64,000 nucleotides of DNA, from assembly GCF_009914755.1 (NCBI RefSeq), contig NC_060935.1; one strand, given 5' to 3'. The notes under the pieces were generated by a model. That model ran no database searches and was not told where the DNA came from. It was given only the letters and a program-made list of their open reading frames with translations. This stretch comes from the human T2T-CHM13v2.0 reference genome, Homo sapiens. A program made the translations under genes and the position numbers. Positions 47,579-64,000 of the stretch are shown piece by piece (the first letter of the stretch is position 1; each line of letters starts with the position of its first letter).

Positions 47579-48597
47579 ATGAGAAAAAGGAGCGCAAAAA
47601 GGCTGAAAATTCCAAAAACCGGAATGCCTCTTCTCATCCAAAGGATCACAACTCCTTGCCAGCAAAAGAACAAAACTGGACGGAGAATAAGTTTGACGAA
47701 CTGACAGAAGTGGCTTCAAAAGGTGGGTAATAACAAACTCCTTCAAGCTAAAGGAGCATGTTGTAACCTGATGCAAGGAAAATAAGAACCTTAATAAAAG
47801 GTTAGAGGAATTGCTAACTAGAATAACAATTTTAGAGAAGAACATAAATGACTGATGGAGATGAATAACACACCACAAGAACTTCATGAAGCATACACAA
47901 GTATCAATAGCCGGATGGATCAAGCAGAAGAAAAAATATCAGAGATTGAAGATCAACTTAATGAAATAAAGCATGAAGACAAGATTAGAGAAAAAAGAAT
48001 AAAAAGGAACAAACAAAGCCTCCGAGAAATATGGGACTATGTGAAAAGACCAAACCTACGTTTGATTGTTGTACCTGAAAGTGACAGGGAGAATGGAACC
48101 AAGTGGGAAAACACACTTCAGAATCTTATCCGGGAGAACTTCCCCAACCTAACAAGAAAGGCCAACATTCAAATTTAAGAAATACAGAGGACACTACAAA
48201 GATACTCCTTGAAAAGAGCAACCCCAAGTCACAAAATCATCAGATACACAAAGGTTGAAATGAAGAAAAAAATGTTAAGGACAGCCAGAGAGAAAGGTCG
48301 GGTTACCCACAAAGGGAAGGCCATCAGGAAGCGGATTTCTCAGCAGAAACCCTATAAGCCAGAAGAGAGTGGGGGCCAACATTCGACATTCTTAAAGAAA
48401 AGAATTTTCAACCCACAATTTCGTATCTAGCCAAACTAAGCTTTATAAGTGAAGGAGACATAAAATCCTTTACAGATAAGCAAATGCTGAGGGATTTTGT
48501 CACCAACAGGCCTGCCTTACAAGAGCTCCTGAAGGAAGCACTACATATGGAGAGGAAAAACTGGTACCAGCCACTGCAAAAACAAACCAAAAGGTAA
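47579..48597 (+). pseudogene. L1 ORF1p, disrupted
   Basis: Fragments EIWDYVKRPNLRLI and RATPSHKIIRYTKVEMK; stops and frameshifts. Confidence 0.92.
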
Positions 48598-48660
48598 AGG
48601 CCATTGACACTATGAAGAAACTGCGTCAACTAATGGGCAAAATAACCAGTTAGCATCATA

Positions 48661-52781
<4,121 letters not shown>

Positions 52782-55076
52782 ACAATGAGAACACATGGAC
52801 ACAGGGTGGGGAACATCACACACTGGGGCCTGTTGGGGGGTGGGGGGCTAGGGGAGGGATAGCATTAGGACAAATACCTAATGTAGATGACAGGCCGATG
52901 GGTGCAGCAAACCACCATGGCATGTGTGTACCTATGTAACAAACCTGCACGTTCTGCACATGTATCCCAGAACTTAAAGTATAATAAAAAACAAAAACAA
53001 AAACAAAATACAGACATCTAAGCCTCCTCCTCCAACAATTTTAATCTGGACAGTGGGGATAACTGGCTGTTACACCTGCTTTTACCATGTTCCTCAGTGA
53101 TTTCGGAGCCTGTCTAAAGTTGAAGACAGTCATTCCTTCCTGCCTTCAATCACTCGACATATATTATTGAGCTTCTGTTTAGAGCACACAAGAGTGAGTG
53201 AGGCAGACATGATCCCTGCCCTGCAGAGCTTTCACCCTGGTCAGGGAGACAGACTAACCAGTGCTTTAAGTTCATAGAAAACTGAAAAGCCTCCTCAACT
53301 TGGAGTTTCAGAAAATCCCTTCAGAATAATCAGGGAGAGGGAGGCTTAGTCCAAGCCAGTTGCAATCCTAAGGTGTAAGGATCCTTTCCAGGCCAATGGA
53401 ATCTCCATTTTCCAGTTCTCTACACGCGAACCCTTCCAGCTCTCTACTAGTCTCCCGTTGGTTTGGGGTTGTGATTTGAATCTATCCTTTTAATACATAG
53501 GGCTCTGATTTTTTCTTTCTGCTTTGCTGTTTCATTTGATCTCCATTTCAAATCTGCCTTAAGCCTGCGAGTATCATGGTATAATTTGAAAAGAATTCCA
53601 CAGGGGGGTGGGAGGAAGGAAATAGTGAAATGGCTCTCAGTAAATTCCTAAGAAATATAAAATTCAAAATTGAAAAGGCCTCATTTCTCCTCCTGCAACT
53701 GTGTTCACTTCTATGGCTCTTTGATAGTCCTTATAATCTTATCCCTTTTCTTTCAGTTCTGAACAAACCAGGTGAAAAGACACACCACGAAACTTTATGA
53801 GGGCCTCATGAAGGTGGTCTGTAAGCCGATGACAGTACCTGGTTAAGTTTCTGAAGTCCTTGCTGTACCCAGTCTACCCTGAGGCTTGGGTCTCTAGAGG
53901 CCAACTTTGAAAGTGACCGACTGCCCCTTTTTAATGTGTATATTAGCTATAGTGACCTCTAGTTCTCACCCAACATTAGGACAGAAAGAAACTGCGGAAG
54001 ATCATTTCATTTGACTTCTTCATTTTGACAGATGTGGACAGTGAGGCCAGAAAGATAAAGAGTGACCTTACTTTACTGAATATGTTTCCTCAAGACCTGT
54101 GTGCAATCAACTCCTTCTCAGTTAAGTATTATTATTCTCTTGACTTTAGAGTGTTAGGGTTATCTTATTCTTTTATATTAGTGTACAACCCCTAAGCAGT
54201 AACGACACTTATGGTGGCCCAAGGGTCATGGGAGCCTGGCTGTACCTGGTTACCTCCATAACACCTGTAGTGCTCTTCTGGCCATTAGTTGGAAAGGACA
54301 ACCTCAAGGAGGGCAGCCAGTGCAGGTGCAGGACACACTATGTTTGCTGCTTGCTATTCACTTATGGTACATACACAGTCAGTCGGGGAGTGAAGGGAGG
54401 AACCTTTTTGTTCCTCTTTTCAAGCTTTGCTGTTTCCATAACAAACAAACAACATCAGGGAATTCTGTCTTTGCTGCTACCTCACTCACTCTCTCTCACC
54501 AAGTAGCCTTCCAAAAACAACTGGCTTTTCTTCCATACAGTCTCCTCATTTAACCCTTTCTCCATCTTCTACATGACTGCTATCACCTCCTTTTCACAAA
54601 ATCTCAAATTCCTGTATAGGTCTACTTTGAAAGCCATCTCCCCTTGGCTCATACCATGTCTTTCTCTTGCCTCAGCATTCCCTCACTTTCTGTAGGAACT
54701 GAATCAACCATTGATCAATATATATACATGTTATGCCTCTTCTTCCTCCCACTTCTAATTTCTTCACCTTTCTAGAAGGTTCATATCTGAGCCTCATTTA
54801 TTCCATCCATGTCATTCTGATTCCTAGTTACAGAAAAACAAACTGTTAGAGCTGGAAGGGAGCAAAGAGATTAGCAGGCCCAACCCCCTTAGTTTACAAA
54901 CGAGGAATCTGAGGCCCCAAAATAGTTCATAACATATCAGGCACAATTCTAGGCATGTGATTGGTGAAAGCAAGACCGACATTCTGGTGTATGTCTTGAC
55001 TGTCACTCTGCCCCAGGCTTCTTTCTTCCCTACCATGACTGGACTTAGAATGAATGTCCCATTTATTTATTCATCG

Positions 55077-55198
55077 TTCTCCTGCCTCAGCCTCCCTAGT
55101 AGCTGGGACTACAAGTGCACGTCACCAAGCCCGGCTAATTTTTTTTGTATTTTTAGTACAGATGGGGTTTCATCATGCTGGCCAGGCTGGTCTCGAAC
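55077..55198 (-). mobile_element. Internal Alu fragment lacking both ends
   Basis: TTCTCCTGCCTCAGCCTCCC...GGCCAGGCTGGTCTCGAAC only; no tail, no TSD. Confidence 0.85.
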
Positions 55199-56610
55199 GA
55201 GTAGGAGTGATTTTTAACATTCATCTTTGTTTTCCAAGAGCCTGTCTTGGGGCCTGGAAATGTTGAATGAACATTTTGTTTTAGTTACAATATGTTGCAA
55301 AAATCTTTTTTCCAGTGTGTGGCATTTCTTTTTCACTTTGTGTTTTAAAAGTTCTCTGTATCTTCTTCTATAAATTTTAAATGTTTCCTTTGAAAAAATT
55401 AATATCTCTGAATTCTACTTTTTTTGTATGGTATGAGGTAGGGATACATTTTCTCTGCCATATGGATAGATACCATTCGTTAAATACCCAATCCATTTTT
55501 CATAGATTTGGAATGACACCTCTGTCACATACCAAGCTTCTATATATATTTAGGGCTGTGGGTGGGCTCTCTGTTCACTTCATTTGTCTTTTGTCTATTC
55601 TGGTGAATAAACACCATGCTTATTTTATTATCTGCTTTTCTAGTGAGTCTGTCTGGTGAGATTAATTCTTCTTCATGCCTCTTCATCTACATAATTGTTT
55701 TGGATATTTTTAAATATGAAATTTAGATTAGCTGAACAAGTTATATGGGGAAAAAAACCCTGTTGGTAATTTGACTGAAATTACATTAAATTTGTACATT
55801 AATTTGGGGGAATATAGGGTTCTTTTAAAATTCTTTAAATTCTTTAAGTTCCTTTTAATAATTTAAAAATATTTTCTCTCCAAATGCCTTGTGTATCACT
55901 GTTAGAATTATTCCTAAGTACCTTATATTGTTGATATTGTTTTTAAAAACTTCTTTTTAAAATTACATTTTCTATTTTAAAATTGTTGGCCTATTAGAAC
56001 ACTGATGAGTTTTGTGTATTGATTTTATATACAACTTTGTTAAGTTGTCTTATCAGAATTACGGATACTCTCAGGCAGTTTGGGTGAACAATTATATCCT
56101 CTGTGAACAATGACAATTTTCTTTTATGCTTTCCAATTTTCTCCCTCCCTCCTTTCCCTCCTTCTTTTGTATTAGTGGAAAGGATAAGATCACAGTGGAA
56201 TGTGGTATTAAAGTCATGATATCAGGAATTCTTGCTTTATTCCTGACTTTAAAGAGAATATTTCTACCTTTTTAGCATTAAGTATGCTGGTGTTTGTAGG
56301 TTTTTGGCATATGTGCTTTAGCAGATTGAAAGGTTGTGTTCTATTCTTATTTGCTTAGAATTTATAGTTTTTGTAACCATGCATGGATGCTGTATTTTAT
56401 CAAATACTTCTGAGTGTGATCATATGACTTTATGACTTTTCCCCTTTCATCTGTTAAGATTTTCTAATATTAAACCATTCTTGCATTCCAGAAATTAACC
56501 TACTCGATATGATTTATTTCCACATACATTGAGAGATTGGATTTGATAACATCTTATTTGGAATTTTGTATTCATGAGTGACATGTATGAGTAACATGAG
56601 CTTACATATC

Positions 56611-56906
56611 TTTTTTTTTTTTCTGAGACAGAGTCTCGCTCTGTCACCCAGGTTAGAGTGCAATGGCGCAATCTCGGCTCACTGCAACCTCTGCCTGACC
56701 TGGTTCAAGTGATTCCCCTGCCTCAGCTTCCCGAGTAGCTGGGATTACAGGTGTGCACCGCCACACCCAGCTAATATTTTGTTTTTAGTAGAGACGGGGT
56801 TTTATCATGTTGGCCACGCTGGTCTCTAACTCCTGGCCTCAAGTGGTCCCCCTGCCTCAGGCTCCCAAAGTGTTGGGATTTCAGGCATGAGCCACAGCAC
56901 CCAGCC
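56611..56906 (-). mobile_element. Alu (AluS) with TSD
   Basis: GAGCTTAC[A/G]TATCTTTTT at 56598 and 56907. Confidence 0.94.
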
Positions 56907-57942
56907 GAGCTTACGTATCTTTTTGAATTATTGCTAATTTTTGGAATCGAGGTTATATTAGCCTCAAAAACAGTTATATCACCTTCCCACTTTTTCTCCT
57001 CTCCAGAAATTTTTATGTAAGATAGAGATTATTTCTAGAATATTTGGAAAACTTTTGTGCATAAATTCTAATCACTGAATCAATTTTGACAACTATAGGT
57101 TGATTCATATTCTCTGTCTCTTCTTGAGATAGTTTTTATCATCCTATTTCCCTGGGGAATTTTCCAATTTGGCTAAGATTTTTTTTAATTTGTTGGTTTA
57201 AAGTTTCCACAACATATTCCTAAAATTTTTTAAATGTTTATTTGTAGTTTTTTTACATTTAAATCCTGATATTGCTTATGTATTTAAATTTTTTATAGCA
57301 TCAATTTCTGCTCTGACCTTTACTATAATTTCTTTTTTTCTCTCCTGTATATGCCTATGTGTATGCAGCATCCTTTGTACCATTTCTAACTTTTTGTCTA
57401 TTTAGCTTTTTAGTGTCTAGAATATCTTTCACTTAAATATATACATGTTAGGCTATGAATTTCCTTCTAAGTGCTGCTTTATCAGCACCCTATAAGTTTT
57501 AAAATATGCTAGTTTTTATTATTTAGTTTTAAATATTTTATAATTTCAATCTTTATTCACCTTTGACATGAATTATTCAGAAGTACGTTTTAAATATTAA
57601 ACAAATACTTCTAGTTATGTTATCAATTTCAAAGAAATACTGATCAGGTAAGATTTTCATAACATCAATTCTTTGGATACTTGTTGATATTTGCTCTATA
57701 GTATAAGGGTGGTCAATTTTTAGAAAGATTTTGTGTGTAATTAATAAGAAGGTATTTGTCTAATTGTTAGGTGCTATTTCTTACATGTCTAACTTGTTAA
57801 TTGTGTTATCCTAAACTTCTCAAATTGTAAATTTTTTTTTTCTACTTGATCTCAGTACAGCTATGTTAAAATCTCCCACTATGTCTGGGAATATCTCTAT
57901 TCTTGTAATTCTGTCATTTTTAAAAATGCATTTGAAACACAC

Positions 57943-58375
57943 TGTGATGAGCCAAATTGTGTTCTCCCCAAATTCATAAGTTGAAATCCTAATCCCCAGT
58001 ACCTCAGAATGTGACTGTATTGGAAATAGGGTCTTTAAAGAGGTAATTAACTTAAAATAAGGTTAATTACATTTGGCTGAAAAACAGATACCAGGCAAAT
58101 AAAATAAGATCATTAGGGTGAGCCTTAATATGACTGTTGTTTTCATAAGAAGAGGAAATTGGGATGCAGACACACACATAGAGGGAAGACCACGTGAATA
58201 CACAGGGAAAAGAGTCATCTACAAGCCAAGGAGAGAGGTCTCAAAGGAAACCAAACCTGCTGATACCTTCATCTCAGACTTCTAACTTCAAGAACTGTGA
58301 GAAAATAAGTGCCTGTTGTTTAAGCCTCCCAGTCTGTAACACTTTGTTATGGAAGCCCTAGAAAACTAATATACA
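57943..58375 (+). mobile_element. MaLR solo LTR (MLT1B-like) carrying a 47-bp insertion
   Basis: TG start, CCCCAGTACCTCAGAATGTGAC, AAGCCAAGGAGAGAGG, GAACTGTGAGAAAATAA, end AAACTAATATACA. Confidence 0.88.
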
Positions 58376-60581
58376 CATGTTGTTAGACTCATAGAAGCTC
58401 AGAATTGTTAGACTTTATTTCAGAACAGTTGCTTTTTCATTCTTAAGCCCTTACCTCTTTCATCCCTTATTTTTTTTTACAGAAAGTTCATTTTTTGCAG
58501 TACAATTTGTAAATATATACTATATATAGTGACATATCTATACAAGCTTATTTTAGTATTTACCTAATATTTTTCAGCCAAATGTTAATTTTAATGTTTG
58601 TATCTTTATGATTCTGATGTGCTCATATATATATAATATATACAAGAATATAAATACATATAATATATAAGTATATAAAAATATATATTTGGATTGTTGA
58701 AATTATATATTCTTATATATTCATACGCATAATTGTAAAAATCCAAACTGACAGAAATCTACATTTAAATGAGCATATATTTTTCAGCCAACTTTAAATT
58801 TAGTCTTCCTCTGGCCTTACGGTTCAGGTAGGTTTGTTAAAAAGAATATATATACAGGCATAATAAGCATATATGCCTATTATGCCTATTACAAATAGGA
58901 AATTTGTCCATTAATACAAATTTAATCGTTTTACATTTATTGTGATTACAAATATATTTCAAGGTATTTCTCACATTTTTGTCATATTTTCTAAGCATTT
59001 GCTTCTTTCCCTCTTCCCTTTCTCTGAGCTCTATTAAATTGATCTAATTTTATCTGCGTCTGGCCCCTAGAGTCTCTGTTTCGCTGCAATGTGTACCTTG
59101 ACACAAGACCTCCTTTTCTTTTTTAAATAGTGAATTGTGTGGACCAATGATGATAGTGTGTTCTTAACCAAGTATTATTATTAACCAAGCTATGTGCATA
59201 AAATAATATAAAATGTAACATGTAAACTATAAAATATAATAAACACCCATGAATTCACCACCTAGCCTAAGTAGATTGCGTCCACTGTGTGTTCCTCCCC
59301 TATTCCAATTTCTCTTCCTCCTCCCTACCCTCTTCCAGAGATTACTATCCTGAGTCTTATGTTTATCATTCCTTTTCTTCAAAAAATGCATAAATATGTA
59401 TGCCTAAGCATATAATTAAATTTTGCTTTATTTGAGCTTTATTAAAATTATATCATACTCTCTATAGGCCAAATGAAAAGGGACTTGCCTTTTCATTCAA
59501 CATATTTTTTCTAAGATGTGAACATTTTGTAGTGCTTAACTGTAATTCAGTTATTTTCACTACTACATGGGAATTACCATTATCTTCTATCCATTCTCTC
59601 GCTAGTGGATATCTGGGCTGTTTTCAATCTTGTCTGTTCTGCCTCTCATCCCTAGGGCCTCTGCTCTGGACCATCACAATGCAGAAATACAGTACTCAAA
59701 TTTAATGAGGGCCTGAGACCAGGGAAAGGAAAGAAAGTCAATGGAAGGCAAATTTCTTCTGTCCAAGTGTCAAAGAAGTTGTGCACATTACTTCCACTTA
59801 CATTTGACTGATGCAAAACTTAAGTCATATTGCCATAACTAGCTGCAGAAGAGGCTGGGAAGGGTGGTCATTGCGAGGCTACACACCCAAAAACTCTATT
59901 AATGTGAAAGAAGTGTAGAAGGAATTTTGAAAGAAAACTACCACTCTCATCTTCCTGACACCAAAGACTTTGCTCTTCACATTTACATACTACAGCTTCT
60001 TGACTATACAGAGCATTGAATAACCTAGGAGCTATATGTATTGGTTGGTTGGTTGACCTGACATGGTTGCCAACGAATTGACTCAAGCTTCTGCAGAACA
60101 TCTTAGAGAATTAGCATAACTCTATTTGTCCAAAGCTTGTATACTGTTTTGCCCAGCGAATCCATTTTTGCTTTGATTTTGCTGTGAGGGTGTCAATCAG
60201 CCCATGGGGATTTTTCCAAATGGAAATGGAGGACATCAAATTAGAAAATGATCTGTCAAGACATTTTACCTAACCACAATTTCCATTTTGAAAAATTCTA
60301 GCCAGTACCAAGGAACCTGTCCCCTCCCCATCCATATTCATAGAAAGATGGCAGTTTTAAAATATGAGGAATGAAAAATATGATGAGGAAATTTAGGATA
60401 TTTAGCTTGAAAAAGGAAAGACAGTGGGTGGGAGCATGACAGTTGTCTTCCAATGTCTGAACAGCTGTCAGGTTAAAAAAAAAATCTGAACATTTTCTGT
60501 GTATTTCTAGAGAGCAAATCTAGGCTTGATATGTGGAAGGGAAATGGATGCTCACGAATTAGTGAATTTATTGTGAAGAAG

Positions 60582-62920
<2,339 letters not shown>

Positions 62921-63155
62921 TTAAGGATGCTTTCTTAACAACTATAGCTATCTGAAAATGAGAGCATGCTGTCACTGAAACTTCTCAGGGCCCAACAACT
63001 GTCCATTTGGTATCCATCCTGTATTGGGTAGGAAGTTAGATTAAATTATCTTTGAGGTCCCTTCCAGCTTCATTATCAGAGAAGACTAAAAGTCAACTAA
63101 TAGCCACATGGAGAAAAGATAATTAACATGTTCATAGATACTGATCCTGTTTACC

Positions 63156-63468
63156 TTTTTTTTTTCTTTTTTTTTTTTTTAAATACAGGGTGTTGGTCTG
63201 CTGCCCAGGCCAGAGTGCAGTGGCATGAAATGGCTCACTGCAGCCTTGACCTCCTTGGCTCAAGCAATCTTCCCACCTCAGCCTCCTGAGTAGCTGGGAC
63301 TATAGGAGTACACCTCCATGCCTGACTAATTTTGTTTATGTTTTGTAGAAACCAGGGTCTTACCATGTTGCTCAGGGTCTCGCCATGTTGAATCCCTGGG
63401 CTCAAGCAACCCTCCCACCTCAGCCTCTCAGAGTGTTTAGATTACAGGCATGAGCCACTGTACCTAGC
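63156..63468 (-). mobile_element. Alu (AluJ-like)
   Basis: GCTCACTGCAGCCTTGACCTCC; internal ~20-bp duplication CAGGGTCT..CCATGTTG near 63353-63390. Confidence 0.9.
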
Positions 63469-63524
63469 ATATTCTTTTTTTAATGGAGCTTTTACTGCAC
63501 TATGGTTTTACTTTATTTTCCCTC

Positions 63525-64000
63525 AGCTTTATTAAGGTATAATTGATAAGTAAAAATTGTATTTATTTAGGGTGTACAACTTGATGTTTTAAGATATATA
63601 TATTAATACATATATCGTGAAATAATTAAATCAAGCTAATTAACATATCCATCACCTCACATACCTCACATACTGTAGCATTTTTTGTGGTGAGAACATT
63701 TCATATCTACTCTGTTAGCAATTTTCAAGTATTTCAATTATTATTAATCATAGTCAGCATATTGTACAATAGATCTCCAGAACTTACTCATCCTGTCTAA
63801 CTGACACTTTGTACCTTTGACTAACATCTCTTCATCTCCCTGCTCCCACCTCCTAGCCCTTAGCAACCACCATTCTGCCCTCTGCTTCTATGTGTTCAAC
63901 TTTTTAGATTCCACATATAAATGAGAAAATGCATTACATGTGTCTCTGTGCCTGGCTTATTTCATGTAGCAAAAATAGCCTCCAAGTTCATTCATGTTGT
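63525..64000 (-). mobile_element. L1MA 3' end running off the window
   Basis: TAAATCAAGCTAATTAACATATCCATCACCTCACATA; same family as the 33998 element. Confidence 0.88.

Larger units (their letters stand above)
55270..59640 (-). mobile_element. Highly diverged L1ME-type fragments
   Basis: AT-rich antisense L1 motifs (TTAAACCATTCTTGCATTCC, TATGAATTTCCTTCTAAGTGCTGCTTT, TGTTAAAATCTCCCACTATG). Confidence 0.7.

Noticed and set aside
58620-58780. Apparent larger quasi-palindrome (TTTGGATT / AATCCAAA, TGCTCAT / ATGAGCA)
   Set aside because: Short matches in (TA)-rich low-complexity L1-derived sequence; spacing is inconsistent with a single stem

Overview
Primate, almost certainly human, genomic DNA (a near-consensus AluYa5 is present). 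It holds the 3' part of the BarH-class homeobox gene BARX2 on the + strand: the end of the long first intron, coding exons 2-4 (16244-16544, 22336-22420, 30635-30901) and a ~0.9 kb 3' UTR ending at ATTAAA/AATAAA near 31760. Exon 1 and the promoter lie upstream of the window. The remaining ~32 kb is repeat-rich intergenic DNA: a twin-primed (5'-inverted) L1MA carrying the AluYa5, an ERV1 solo LTR, a full-length but dead L1PA, an MLT1B LTR, an old two-LTR MaLR element, and many Alu, L2, MIR and MER elements. Nearly all ORFs in the supplied track are repeat-derived or chance. I find no support for a new protein-coding system. The best leads are non-coding: an intron-1 duplicated NF-kB/STAT module, an intron-3 CpG-retaining AP-1/GC/CCAAT/CRE promoter-like cluster, an intron-3 CTAATTG homeodomain-site cluster (possible autoregulation), and several DNA repair or insertion scars (templated inverted insertion, 32-bp palindrome, insertion-associated deletions). 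Repeat family calls come from my recall of consensus sequences, and boundaries of old repeats are approximate.
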